Counted from the first letter of the stretch, positions 37,528-50,750 are shown. The stretch is DNA of 64,000 nt from Hemiscyllium ocellatum (GCF_020745735.1 NC_083404.1:21824001-21888000); one strand, 5' to 3'. Program-made: numbers and translations. The notes: generated from the sequence alone by a model not told the origin.

Positions 37528-37889
37528 TGAAATAACTCCACAGAGGCTGGTATCCCATCACCAAGTCACCCTTTAATTACACATGGATAATATTTGACAC
37601 TGATCCAGCTTCCTCAGAGTCAGTTCTCAGATTGAGCGGAGCCTCTGACACTCCTCTTTATAACTATCAGTGAGGGCTCCCTGATTGGCTCTGGCCCAAA
37701 ACGTTGAATTTCCTGTTCCTTGGATGCTGCCTAACCTGCTGTGCTTTAACCAGCAACACATTTTCAGCTCTGATCTCCAGCATCTGCAGACCTCACTTTT
37801 TACTCCCTGATTGGACCAGGTTAAGAAACCCTGTCAAGGAACTCACATTCTATGAGGTCCATCTGGCTGACCTCATTACAATCACTACA
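37528..37889 (-). mobile_element. Solo LTR (Gypsy-like), about 235 bp net, interrupted by a pLTR
   Basis: Reverse strand TGTAGTGA...TTATTTCA with CCAAT, TATAAA and ATTAAA in order; 5-bp TSD aacag/aatag. Confidence 0.75.
37689..37802 (+). mobile_element. Mini Penelope pLTR (family A)
   Basis: Starts in hammerhead helix II (gcccaaaacgttgaat); 12-bp TSD ctccctgattgg at 37677-37688 and 37803-37814. Confidence 0.9.
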
Positions 37890-38719
37890 AATAGCACTGA
37901 GTAAGGTGTTGGAATTGTGAATTGATTCGTTTCCAAGTCCTGAAGTATTTCATCTTAGAATCTTAAAAGAAGTAGCCAATTAATATATCTGGTTTTATTT
38001 ACTTATGACTCAATAGATTCAGGAAAGGTTCCTTTAGATTGAAAAATAGCTCATGTAACTTCTTTATTCAGAAAGAGAGAGAGAGGGGCAGAAAACAGGA
38101 AATTATAATCAGTTGGCTTAATGTTTGTCATAGGAAAGATGTTAGAAGCTGTTATTAAAAACATCATAAACATGTAACAAGCACTTGGGTAAGTTCTAGG
38201 TAATCAGACAGAACCAACATGGGTTTGTCAAAGGGAAATCATGTTTCAATATTTTATTTGTGCAATAAATAGATAAAGGAGAACCAGTAGATGTACTACA
38301 CATAGATTGCCAGCAGGCTTTTGGTAAGGTGCCACATCAAAGGTTATTGCAGAAGTTAAAAGCTAAATGTGTAGGAGTCACATATTGGCATGGATCGAAG
38401 ATTAGCTCCTTAACTGGAAGCAGGAGCACAGAGGTTTGTTCAGGCTAGCAGGATATCATGTGCCATCCAGGGTCGATACTGGATCTGCAACATTTTACAA
38501 TTTATATGGATGATTTAGTTGTGGGGATCAAAGACACAGTAGCTAAATTAGCTATCAAGGTGGGTAAGCATGCAAGTTGTGAAGAAAACGTGAGAAACCT
38601 ACAAAGGGATATAGATATGTTAAGTAAGTGCTCAATGATTGAGTAAATGGAGTATAATGTGGGAAAGTCTGAAATTGTCCAACTTGACACAAAGAATAAA
38701 AAAGAAGTCTATAATCTAA

Positions 38720-39183
38720 ATAGAGTCAAAGAGTCATAAAGTTGTACAGCATGGAAACTGATCCTTTGTCCAACTTGTCCATGCCAAACACATATACTAA
38801 TCCAATGTAGTCCCATTTTCCAGCATTTGGCCCACATCCCTCTAAACTCTTTCTATTTATATATCCATCTGGATGCCTTTTTAATGTTGTAATTGTACTA
38901 GCCTTCACCACTTTCTCTGGCAGCTCATTCCACGCACGCACCACACTCTGCACCTCTTAGGTCCCTTTTATATCTTTCCCCTCTTACCTTAAATTTATGT
39001 CCTTTACTATGTCCTCATCCCTGGAAAAAGACCTTGGCTATTCACCTTATTCATGCCCCTCATAACTTTACAATTACCTATAAAGGTCACCCATCAGTTT
39101 CTGACACTCCAGTGAAAATGGACCCAGCCTATTCAGCCTCCCCCAACAGCTCAAAGCCCTCCAACCCTGGCAACATCCTTGTG
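38720..39183 (-). mobile_element. HER1-like CR1 3' fragment nested in an older CR1
   Basis: ORF 38726-38953 VVRAWNELPEKVV; tail agagtcaaagagtcata. Confidence 0.85.
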
Positions 39184-39289
39184 AATCAGATTCAAGAGGA
39201 TGAATGGCCTAGTCTTGTTCTAATTTCTTATGATCTTATGACGATGAATTGAAATAATTTGACAAGGTTTCTTTACTTGCACTAAGCCA

Positions 39290-39525
39290 AATCCATGACC
39301 TCAAATGGAAAAAGGAAACATCAGATGCAGTGGAGCATTATCAGCTTCAGGTTCCCCTTTAATGTTTGCATCACCCTGGCTAGAAAATAGTTACTCCATT
39401 CTTTCAACGTCACTGAAATAAAATCACAGAGTGCCCCGAACAATACTTTGGAAGAATTTTCTCCACAATGCTTCAGGAAGGCAGTTCATCACTAACCTCT
39501 CAGGGTCAATTTGAGATATTCAGGA
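39290..39525 (+). mobile_element. Family-2 LINE 3' fragment, decayed
   Basis: Collinear with 1555-1790. Confidence 0.55.
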
Positions 39526-40239
39526 AATAATTATTTAAGTAGAATAGCATTAGCACAACAACTGGATTTGTGCTGCACTATATTTAGAAAGCGGTCTTAT
39601 TGTGTCTTATTTTATTCATTCATAGGAGATGGAGATACCCTTGAGAAGCTGATGGTGAGCTGTCCTCTTGACCCACCGCAGTCCATGAGTGCATAACGTC
39701 TTTTATAAATTAATCCAATTTTAATGCAAAACTCTGAGTAGTATAAATAACGCAAGTTCCTGAGAAGTGGAAATCCAAATATCAAAAATTTATTTTTTAT
39801 AAGTCCATACTGATTTTACTTCCTTTTTATTTCAAATAAATATCAAGCATTAGGCAGCAAGAAATACAGCAGGGATTTATAATCAAAATAAAATCACAAT
39901 GCTATAATGTTTCCATTTTCCTTACTTGTAGATAAAATAGTGCCATTTGCATTACAAATGATCTTCAGTCTGTACAGAAGCAAACAGTCGCAATTTATAT
40001 CTGATGCCTCAGATCAGAATCTATCTCAAAGGCAACTTGCATTTGTGCAGGTTGAATAAGCTGCAGCCTCAGCACAGAACAGATTGTATAAAATGCTGGC
40101 AATGTTAAAGACTTGAAAAAACTATTTGACTCAAGGAAATTGCTCTTTCTCAGGAAATGTCAATTCTGTGTTCTATACTCCTCATGATATTCAAACGATC
40201 ACCTTTGGTAGAAATTTGTCAAATACTAAAAACCATACT

Positions 40240-40750
40240 AAATACCTTTTTCACTATCTTGTCTACCTGGGACTTCATTTTTAAGGAACTACGGACTGAG
40301 ACTCCAAGGTCTCTTTGTTTGGTGACACTCCGCATGACCTTACCATTAAATGTATAAGTCCTGCCCTGATTTGCCTTTCCAAAATGCAGCACCTCACATT
40401 TATCTGAACTAAACACTGTCTGCCACTCCCTGGCCCATCAGTTCATCTGACAAAGCTCCCGTTGTACTCTGAGGTGAGCGTCTTGGCTGTCCACTACACC
40501 ACCAATTTTAGCGTCATCTGCAAACTTGCTAACCAAGCATCCTATATTTGCACCTAAATCATTTAAATAAATGACAAAAAGCAGTGGATCCAGCACTGAT
40601 CCTTGCAGCACAGTGCTGGTCACAGGACTCTGGTCCAAAAAAACAACCTTCAGTCTCCTACATTCGCATCAGTTGTGTAGCCAAATGGTTAGTTCTCCCT
40701 GGATGTCATGTGATCAAATCTTGCTCACCAGTCTATCATGTGGAACCTTG
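40240..40750 (-). mobile_element. CR1 RT internal fragment
   Basis: ORFs 40438-40638 (QGSVLDPLLFVIYLNDL..KFADD) and 40219-40416 (KCEVLHFG..QRDLGV). Confidence 0.9.
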
Positions 40751-41929
40751 GTCCTTAGTTTCTTTTAAAGGGTGCATCAAGGTAGGTTTGCACGTGATGG
40801 TCTGCCATCAGCTCAGAGGGCGCAGGCCCAAGGATCAAGTGGGCATCAGCTTCACAGAAGCTGAGATTGTTTGCCAGTTCAGCTGAAGAGACCTCACTGG
40901 AGTACTTTAAAGGATGACTAACAGAGATGGTCATGTAAATAGAAAAGCTTCATACAGTAAGAGGCCTGTCAGAGAGCTTGGAGTCACTGTCAAGAAGAAT
41001 TGAGGTGTTTGGCTCCAAATTGGCACATGTCTTTCTGCAGTCTTTAAAGCCCATCCTTTGCAGTGTGGACTGGTGGATTACTACATGAGGATGGTTACAG
41101 AATAAATCATGGCACATGGTGTGATGGCCATATTCAATTAAAATTAAAGGAGAAACTACCCAGTGCTGCACCAGAATCTTACTCTGAGGTTATGAATTCT
41201 CAGCTTGGAGCGGGGCAAGTTCAGACAGATGTTATCATGGTGGTGGATGCCAGTGTACAAAGGATTTGCAGAGTTTAACACCTGCAGAGATATGTATGTC
41301 TCACCAGATTAGTTAGACAGATGAGACCCCACAACACTCAGTCCTCTACCAATATCCCTCCTCACCTGCCATCATAGTGCATGGACCTAGTGTCTACTTC
41401 TGGAATGGCAGTATTTACTGCAATTGTGCCAGTGCCCTTTCTATTCCCTGTCAGCCATTCAATCCAGTTGGTTCAGTCTGAAGTGCTAGATGTTCTAAAG
41501 CTGTATCTGCTAGATGAACCTTTCAAAGTCTTCTGCAGTCTCCCCACCTCCGAAAGTCAGCAGCCTTGCATAGGGTACTCTGCAACAACCAGAGCAGAAC
41601 TGCAACGGAGCACTGAGACAGGTAAAAATATCTATAAGACAAGCACCAACGAAAGAATCATCATGATCAGTTGACTTCTGCACAGAGGATATTGGATGAA
41701 ATATAGTTGATATGAAATTATTATTTTGCTATAGTTCGCATTTAGCATTGAGGCCAGGAAGACTACTCTAACCTCCCATAACTGAGTTAAGATATGCCAT
41801 GGAGCTGTTATGAAATACAGGTCAAGTTAAGTAAGTGGGAATTGGCAGATGAAGTACAGTGAGGATTGAACAGTAAGGTGGATAATTATTTGAATAATGA
41901 GATGTCAGGAAAAGGGGAGCTGCAACAAG

Positions 41930-42065
41930 AGTAGTGGATGCTGGAGATCTGAAACCCCCCAAATTAGAACATTGTCGTAGAAACTCAGCAACTCGATGAG
42001 AAATCTTACCTCTGCCAGATGCTGCCAGACATGCTGAGTTTCTCCAGCAATTTCTGATTTTGGGA
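41930..42065. mobile_element. Mini pLTR (family C-like), inverted pair lacking the ribozyme core
   Basis: gatgctggagatctgaaac...aaactcagca (minus arm) followed by agatgctgccagacatgctgagtttctccagc (plus arm). Confidence 0.65.
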
Positions 42066-44612
42066 GTTTTGAGGATTCCTGCTAACGTCATCTGCAGGAC
42101 TGGAAGCAAATAGTGTTCTCAAAGGCCTTTCAGTAGCAACCAAAGCCTTTCAAACAAACAGCAGCATTCTCAGCAGATCTTACCAACTGTTATGAACCTT
42201 GTCAAACACCCCAAATTACCACAAATTCAGCAAGAATGCAGAGAAAATAACAACAGCTGATCTACACGATGATCTATCTAATTGGCATCAGCAGACACTC
42301 AATCATTGCTACTAATTAGTTGTCTTCAAGATTATGCATTACCTAGAGATAAGGTTAAAAAATTCAGGTCTAGTCCAAATGTGAAACACTGCCTGATATT
42401 AATTTGCCCACTCTGTGCATTCTGGTGCATACTCAGACTGCCTGCACTCGTGTAAGTTGATCTGGGTATGGGTTGGAACAGTATGTACACCACTTGCTAC
42501 TAAACTGGCACAAGAGAACTGAATTTTGCAGACAGGTGACCTTTCTTTGCAGGGATGTTTAGCAGAAAAGAGAAGTAGTAATCTGCAATGCAGCACTAAG
42601 ATTAAGAATGATGTACAAAGATTTTTCACAAGAACTCCATTCACAATTTTGAGTGAAACATGTTTAGAAGCAAAACAAATGTATTGTTTTCATTGAAATA
42701 AGCTGTATGAAGAAAATAAAATGTTACTTATATGCATGCATTTGATGGGTCAGATAGTGGAGTTCCTTTGGTGAGGCGTTTCCTGTCTTCAGCAATACTC
42801 TTACACAAACTTGCAGTGTTGATTCATGTTGTTGGAATACATTAATAATTTGGCATCAACCTTTCCTGAATGCATTGGAGTTTTTTTGTGTCTAATTCAA
42901 AAAAATCAAATAACAAGTTGCAAGTGGGAGGAAATATATTCAAAATTTATGAACATCTCCTGAGTCAGCAGAGTTAACATTCTGAAAACCTTCCAATAAC
43001 CTGACTTGAACGTACTAACGTGATTTACAATCATTAATTACTTTAGAGACAATCATTTCTTTTAAAGGGTAACAACACTTTTTAATTTATTTTATGACAG
43101 AAATAATTACTCTGACTTTACCAGACATCAGCAAAATCCCTGTAAGGGAGCAAACAATGCAGTTTCAATTCTTATAGCAAAAACTGCCCTTCCTCATTGA
43201 CCCTTTAGATTTATCACATGCTCAATAATAACAGCTATTAAAATGGCCAGGACCATCACCTTTGTCCTCAAGACAGAGAGACACCAATTGTGGAAAATTA
43301 GTCATATTTAAAAAGAACATGCAAAACTTTCCCAACCAGGTGGACTTGGCTTGAGAATGTGTGGTGTGGGAATGTTCTAAAAATTGATGTTAGATCAGGG
43401 ATTTGATGTGAACAAGCCCTGTTTTGGCTTCTCCTGGAGTAAGCTGAAAAGGCCTCAGGGGAGTTGAAGTGTTTGATGCGCTAGCAACAGAATCATTTTT
43501 AAAGGCGACTTAGAGTGTTCTAAAGCATGGAATCTCATTCCCCTAACCACATGTTGTTTTCTATTCAAGCCAGTTGATTACATTGATATGGAAATCAATT
43601 TTTACTCAGCTTTATGCTTATTACAGAGTAAAACAATGTGAACATATACCTCCTCTGGTCAGCCACATTTATTTTAAGTAAGTATCACTTTAACATGCTC
43701 AATTAAAGATTCACTCTCCTGCTCCTAAGTCCCATGCTGTTACCGATATTCTTAAAATCTCAACAAATGCCCTGGCCTTGTATGCAATAAAACTCAATTG
43801 CTAGGCATTTCACAGATTCTACTCACTCACCTTAAATTAAGCCCACACTACATTTAAGGCACACAATTCACATTTTATTTCAAATTAAAAGGAACGTCCA
43901 TACTTTTTGAAGAATAGTACTGCATATTGTAAGATGTCTCTCCACTAAATGCCTGACCTTTATTTCAGACAAGTGATTTGTTTGTACAGCAAAAGGCACT
44001 GAATTACTTAATTTCATCATTTAGTTTTAAAGATTTTATTTCTCTTCAACACTTGCTTCAAGCGAGGAAAGCTAATCTGTATTATTTTCATACACACATG
44101 ATTTGGTAAAGTGTACTTATTTTCTTATAAGGAACAACTTATACTGTTCAGTGGCTGTACTATATTCAGAATATTCCCAGTGTGGAATTTCATTACAATG
44201 CTGATAATTAGACTCTCATATCCACTACCTCCAAAAAAAGACACTGTTTTAAAAGCTAAAGGACTTTTAACAACCACTTTTAATTTCTAAGTTTCCTAAG
44301 CTAAAAGGCAGCATTTCATATTTTATCTATTAGAAGGATTATTAAACTAGCCACACTCAAAAACCTATCGGAAAGATTAGTGTGTGAAGCATCTTAACTA
44401 AATGTGGCTAGTTTCATGTACTTTGAGTTACTGAAATATGGAAATCTTAAGTATGCTTTTTCCCATATATAATTTGTAATATCTTATTTGCCCTGAAAAC
44501 ATCCTCAACATTTGAAACCAATACAACCAGCTCAACTGAAATATTTTCCAGCCAATGAAATATATTCACTGTTGCAATATACAAAATATACTGAACATGA
44601 TCTGAGAATGTG

Positions 44613-45568
44613 GAGTTAAAATCACATGACTCCAGGTTAGAGTCTGTTGGGGTTAATTCATAACTGGGGTGCCTAGGTGGGGGCTAGGGAATGTACTATT
44701 ATTGCTACAACAGGCGTTGCCAGATTCAGTCCCTAAACAGTAAATCACAGCCATGCGGGAGGAAGCGAACAATTGCAAGGCTACCTGACTGAAGCCACAT
44801 TCCCCATTGATTAGATCATGTCAAAACTAACAAAAGAACCGGTAACTGTCGGGTAGTGTAAATTGGAACGCATTATCGATGGAGTAACTGTTAATGCCCC
44901 CCTGACGTAAATCCCCATCGAAACCGGTGATAAATTATAATGCCTGTTAAACCCCCTATGGAGAACTATTGATTCAGTAAAGGAAAACGCCTAGCCAGGT
45001 AGACACATAGCAATTAGATTGATCGACCAAACAATGGACTACTGATTACAGAGTCAGAACTGCCGGACCCAGGATGGCTGAACTATTGTTCAGCACAGCA
45101 GGGGTAGACAGGCACCTCAGTGCGGCCAATGGAGACACAGATCCCCTCGCACACAACAGAACGGACCAATGAGAGGAACGATCAAGGGAGAATGGACCGG
45201 GGACTCGAAGAACCGGGAAATATAATTTCGCCGGGTCCGAAGAGAAAGTCGGAACGCGCCTTCTCCAGCAAGCCTGAAAGCTTGCTGTTACACGGACGTC
45301 TCTCTCTCTCTTTTCAAATAAAGCAGTTTTGTGCTTTTGAATCTGGCCTGGTGTCTCACTCTTTTCGGTACGAACACGGAGACGGGAGTCCCGTCTCAAC
45401 AAGTCCAACAGGTTTAGTTGAAAGTGAAAGCTTTCGGAGCACCATTCCTCCTTCAGGTAGCTAGTGGGACAAACTTGATCTTTAAATAAACCTGTTGGAT
45501 TATAATCTGGTGTTGTGCTATTTTCAATTTTGCCCACCCCAGTCCAACACCAGTACCTCCACATCATG
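44613..45568. mobile_element. Mini Penelope pLTR (family B), inverted pair split by a solo LTR
   Basis: ccaggttagagtc|LTR|agtccaacaggttt reconstitutes the family B motif ccaggttatagtccaacaggttt seen at 30302. Confidence 0.9.
44645..45401 (+). mobile_element. Young solo LTR, 757 bp (ERV- or Gypsy-type)
   Basis: TGTTG...CAACA termini; perfect 4-bp TSD AGTC (44641-44644, 45402-45405); CCAAT at 45126 and 45166; TATAA at 45221; AATAAA at 45317; CpG retained. Confidence 0.9.
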
Positions 45569-45786
45569 GGAATATGAAACAGAAGGTACCTTCACTAGTG
45601 CATGCACGGTACTGGTTTAGCTTAATAACCAGAGAATCCTCGAGCATGGTAAACTTTCAATGCTGATTGATTTTCAGAAGGAAGAGTGGTCAAGTGGCCA
45701 GGAGCAGAAATGGCTATGATATTGGTTAAGAGTGACAATCAAGCATGCTGGGAAACTTGGTCAAGCTAATTTAAGGTCTGACCTAG

Positions 45787-45940
45787 GATGTGCAGTTGCC
45801 AGTGTTGGACTGGGGTGGATAAAGTCAGAAGTGACACGACACCAGGTTACAGTCAAACAGGTTTATTTGAAATCATGCAAGCTTGTGTGATTTCAAATAA
45901 ACCTGTTGGACTATAACCTGGTGTCATGTAACTTCTGACT
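45787..45940. mobile_element. Mini pLTR (family B), inverted pair with the ribozyme core deleted at the axis
   Basis: aggtttatttgaaatca-tgcaagcttgtg-tgatttcaaataaacct; the axis is the AAGCTT helix III palindrome. Confidence 0.85.
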
Positions 45941-46114
45941 AGGTTAAAACAATGACAAGGACACCTTGTGACTTGTCTTGTAAGCTGCGACCTTCAGTTT
46001 TCTGTGTTGAACAAATAATGGAGATGCAGACATACTGACACCACTGTTACCTAATAGAGACCATGGTATGTGACAGTTTGGTGTAAACATTTAAAAATTG
46101 TTAGAGTGGAGTAG

Positions 46115-46647
46115 CTTTTATTTGTCATTTCTAGCAAATACAACTGACACAGTAAAAATGAGATAGCATTCCTCCAGGACAGAGGGTGCTACATGGACAG
46201 CACAAACTACACACTCTTAGGTGGCATACAGTGCATTGAAGTGCAAAACACGCAAGTTGCTGTGGAATAGAAGAATGATAAATAATAGACATTTTTCTAG
46301 CAGCAATTCAAAATCATGCAAAGAATTTCAGATGGGGAAGAGTTCAATCTTACTGCGTTAAGGAGCCTGATGGCTTGGGGGAAGAAACTGTTGCAAAGTC
46401 TGGCTGTGAGAGATCAGATGCACTGGTATCTTCTGTCAGATGGCAGGAAGGAGAAGAGTTTGAGTGAGTCTTTCACAATGCTCTAAGCCTTTTGGATGCA
46501 GCATGTGGTGTAAATGTCAGTAATGGAAGGAAGAGAGGCCCTGATAATCTTCTCAGCTGTCCCCACTCCCCGTTGCAGGGTCTTACAATCCAAGACGTGC
46601 AAATTCCTGAACCGGCAGTGATGCAGCAGCTCAATGAACCCTCTATG
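46115..46647 (-). mobile_element. Rex1/Babar LINE 3' fragment
   Basis: Reverse translation LSCCITA...LQR...AEKII...LLPS.RRY...SFFPQAIRLLN; homologous to ORF 51792-52223. Confidence 0.8.
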
Positions 46648-47199
46648 GAATGTGGTGATGTCGTTTAGTGGTAAACTCTATTGGCTGGGATAGAACATTG
46701 TGATTAGGTTTAGTCAACTCATTGGCTGATTGCCAGAGAAGTTTCTGAAAAAAACCAGCACACTTTGAGATAAAAGTTACCAGCACAAAGGATTTTGTGG
46801 GGGTGATCATGCAATGCTCACATGTGAGAAGTATGTGCCTTGAAGTCATCTTCAAAAAGACAAAGAATCATGAGGCAAGACCTGCAGTGAGTACAAAAGC
46901 TGGCCGCTACACTAAAATTGAGATGGTATTGGTTTCAAGTCAAACTTATCAAGTTAAAGTTTAGTATTAGGGTTAACTGTGAATTAAATTAAAGTGAGAC
47001 TAAATGAAGTGAGTTTAAGTTGAAGTTGTTAGATGTTGTAAAAAGTAAATGTTGCAACAAACATGTATTGTATGCTGATTATTGAAAGAGCTAAATAATG
47101 AAGTTCTTATTTAATTAAATTTCAAATTGACATCCTGTCACACAGGAAAGAACATCTGGGAGGAGTTTGAAGTATTCTCTTGGATAACAGAAGTATTTG

Positions 47200-48520
47200 G
47201 AAAAGGCTGGGAATTCCTGCATGGACAATGTGAGAGAAATGAATAGGAGAGTCACCTCTAGATGGAGGTCAAAGAATACCTTTTGAGTTGTTTGAAAAGG
47301 AACCTTGGAAGCTGTTCAAATCATTTCAACCAGGAATGGGTTGATGTGCATGACCTGAGAAAACAAGGGAAAGAAACAGAAAAAGAGGGATTTCTTTTCA
47401 TTAAATATTCAGGAGATAAGCACAAAGTGGTATAACCCATAGTATGCCATAAATGCATTTGCAATGCCATCGAATAGATATTCAAGAGGCTAAAGATAAA
47501 GAAACATGATAACACAACAATGTTTTTCTTTGCAATGTGGGAGATGTCCTCATTTAAATCCAACCCTTTACCAAAGAATGGCTAATAAATCAAAATCCTT
47601 TATGAAAGGACCTACTTAAAGCAATCCATTCATAAAATATGATGAGATTTATTGGATTCATGAACTGTCCACTGCTAAGGATATGCAACAGTATTGGAGC
47701 ACTGAACAACAATCAACTTTCACCAGAACCAATCCAGCAGATGTATTGATTGCAAAGACAAACATCTTGCATGATTCAAACAGGTTCAGTGAGATTAAGA
47801 ACCTCATCAGCAAATGCACTGTTGTAATGAATGCTAATCAAAGCATGTTACAGAGCCCTTATAATATATGAAATTCCAGAAAGACCATGGTTAAAGTTTG
47901 CAGTAGTCTTCATTCTCACAGGAATTGCTTATTTCATTACCCTTGACTGCTATTCTAAATTCTGGGAGTTAAACTAGCTGTGTTAATAGCTATTAGTGAG
48001 ATTATAGATTTACTGAAAGCACACCAATCATAAAAGCATCCACCTTGTGATGAGCAACAATGGCTCTCAATTCAACAGTGAATATTTCAGGCACGTCCAA
48101 ATGATTGGAGTGTTCAATTCCATCCATGTTCTCCACACCACCCCCATCAATTCGGAAGACTGAGATGGTTGTGACAAATGCCGAAGCAATCATAAAGAAA
48201 TCAAGCAAGTCTAACATGGCAATCTTTGAGTGGAGTGATATACCAAATGAAGGATGGAAAATAGTCCATTCCAAGAACTATTGTCGCACCATTTGCAAAC
48301 CTCTCTTCCAGTATCAAAATAAATCTAATGAAGCCTGATAATAACAAGTAAGTTGCAAATCAAGGTGAACCAAAAGAGAGCAGAATTTCACTTGGATAAG
48401 TGCTGTGCATTGCAGTCTGAGTGCAAACATTCAATGCCCTCAACAAGAGTCAACCCACATAACTTGGGACCAGATTAGAGTTGTCATCTCAATTGTACAG
48501 TGCGATTGCAAACAATCAGC
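47200..48520 (+). mobile_element. Gypsy remnant (possible gag, clear integrase)
   Basis: Decayed EIKNLISKC, EIPERPW, ITLDCYSKFWE, SNNGSQFNSEYF, SPHHP..GKTEMVVTNAEAIIKK = zinc-finger end and DDE core; the gag part is weak. Confidence 0.7.
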
Positions 48521-48593
48521 TACACCATAGCAACTGCAGACTATTGTGGTGGACCGAAGGGCCTATTTCTATGTTGTAGGACTTTATGACATT

Positions 48594-48721
48594 CCTGATG
48601 AAGAGCTTATGCCTGAAAAATATATTCTCCTGCTCCTCCAATGCTGCCTGACCTGCTGTCGTTTTCCAGCACCACATTATCGTCCCTGATCTTCAGCATC
48701 TGCAGTCCTCACTTTTTCCTC
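48594..48721 (+). mobile_element. Mini Penelope pLTR (family A) inserted in a CR1/SINE tail
   Basis: attcctgatgaagagcttatgcctgaaa...; 9-bp TSD tatgacatt at 48585-48593 and 48722-48730. Confidence 0.9.
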
Positions 48722-49656
48722 TATGACATTAGCTGTTTACAATGAGAAATACGTGAGGTTACAACTGACTATAGTGCTGCAAGACCATCAGTCTGAGAAA
48801 TCATCCGTTTCCCAGCTACAGCTGTGGACTAGCAATAATAGTTAACATGTCAATAGCACTTGCAATGGGAATGAAATTCTCCAGCCAAGGATAATCACCC
48901 CAGGAATCAGTAGTGTGAGATATTGTGTTATCGGTTATTGTTATTAACTCACTCACCAGTTTGCTAGATTCATTAATACCGGGTTTCTGTTCATTCATAA
49001 CCCTTTACTAACCCATTATTTACTATAACATGTATTTTTTTTTGTCATTCATTCATAAAAACACAGTTCAGTAGTCTCCAAATTTAAGAACATCCTTTTC
49101 AAACCCATCACTGCATTTCCACACCTCATCAGCCCCTGCTGGAAACACTGTTTACCTCCACATACTGAACAATACCATCCTCATCAAGTTGCCATGAAAT
49201 ATTACCTGTTAAATACTTTTTAAATGGGCCATTATCCCTTTAAGAAACTAATTGACAAAACAGCACCTGCTTGAAGTTGCATGAATGAATGAAACTCTCA
49301 CTGGCAAATAGTAAATAATTCTCACCATACAGCTGCAGTAATCAGTTTAATATCCTTATACTTTTATTATGATTTCTAACTTATTTAGAGAAAAAAGGCT
49401 AACATGTACTAATTTAAAATACAAAAGAAATAACCTCTAATTATGCAAGCAGACCAGGCAGACATCCCATCAGAAATAGCAGTCAGCAGGTCGCACATTT
49501 TTAACCCATCTCCTGTCTTCCAGGACAGAAGACCTTCAAACCTTTGTGTACTATAGAATGGAACTTTAATATAGGTGAGAACTGTGTATAAATAGGCTTT
49601 TGTAAGTACTGTATTTCAGGATTCTAATGCCACGTCGAACTTGTGATTGCTGAATA

Positions 49657-49797
49657 CAGAGGAATCTTGATTATCCGGCAAGATCACAAGACCCCGATGT
49701 TTGGTTAAACTGTTATCTGGCATTCGATCATCCATAATTCAATTAACTGAATGAAATACTCCCCATCCCTATCCAAAGGATAATCAAGGTTCCTCTG
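49657..49797. mobile_element. Tc1/mariner-pogo (Tigger-like) MITE, 141 bp
   Basis: 20-bp terminal inverted repeats cagaggaa(t/c)cttgattatcc (19/20 match), flanked by TA on both sides. Confidence 0.85.
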
Positions 49798-50499
49798 TAA
49801 AGAGGCTATTTCGCCAGTCACTGATTCCGGTCATTATTTCAACACGATCCCGCACTAGATACCAGGTGAACAGTTAATGACAACACACAATGTGCACCAT
49901 TAGAAGCCCTGCATGATTTAAAGGTTATATACAATACAATGCAAGAGCAGAGACAGTTGGAAGTAGACTTAAGAGAATTAACTCGCAATTTTGTAAATAT
50001 GTTTGCTTGCTAACTATTGATATAAGGTAAGTCAGGTACCTTGTAGATGCAAATATTATTGCATGCATGTTTTAAATTTTGTTTTTATTTATGAAAAGAG
50101 TCATGTTTGCAGAAATCCAATTGTACATACTGTACCAGCCAGCTTGCCATAGCCATGTAATCTGTACTTCCACACACTTTCCCTTTAATTTGCCTAGGTT
50201 ATTGAAGATAGTACTTCAAACAGTCTCTGAATTTTCACTCTGTCTGCTAATTTTATTGCCCAACTGTTCTCCAAATTCCCATTGAACTCTCACCACTTTA
50301 TGATGCCTCGTCTCCTTTTACTTTCACACAGCTCTTTTATGGCTCCTCTATCCTCCAAACTATCCCAGAACAATCACTGCTTTTATGGCTCTCCGACATA
50401 TTGGAAATTGATACACAGATGTCCGGAGTTCCTTCGGACCACTATGTCCAATGTCCTAACTTCTTGTACTCGAATCATGGCTTTGTGAAATTTATCCAG

Positions 50500-50750
50500 A
50501 CATAGGAATTAGGTGCAGGAGTGGGCAATTCAACTCTTTGTGCTCGCTCTGCCATTTAACATGATTATGGTTGATCATAATCTGGTCTCAACTCTACTTT
50601 CCTGCCTGCTCCCCATTACCTTTTATCAGATTTTTCATCAGAAACATTTCTATTTCCTTCTTGAATCTGTTGATTGATTCTGTCTCCACTGCAGTCTGGG
50701 GCAGTGAGTTCCACAGATTCACAATCCTGTGAGAAGAAATTTCCTCATCT
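50500..50750 (-). mobile_element. CR1 3' UTR fragment
   Basis: acataggaattaggtgcaggagtgggcaattc...gagttccacagattcacaa; reverse complement of the tail type at 60460-60670. Confidence 0.75.

Larger units (their letters stand above)
37372..38722 (+). mobile_element. Degenerate CR1 ORF2, host to a solo LTR
   Basis: EMADNLNRYF, NQHGFVKGKSC and AFGKVPHQRL motifs; a 3' UTR piece reappears at 39185-39240. Confidence 0.85.

Noticed and set aside
45046-45567. 173-aa ORF with a partner 114-aa ORF
   Set aside because: Spans the pLTR/solo-LTR junction; no recognisable domain.
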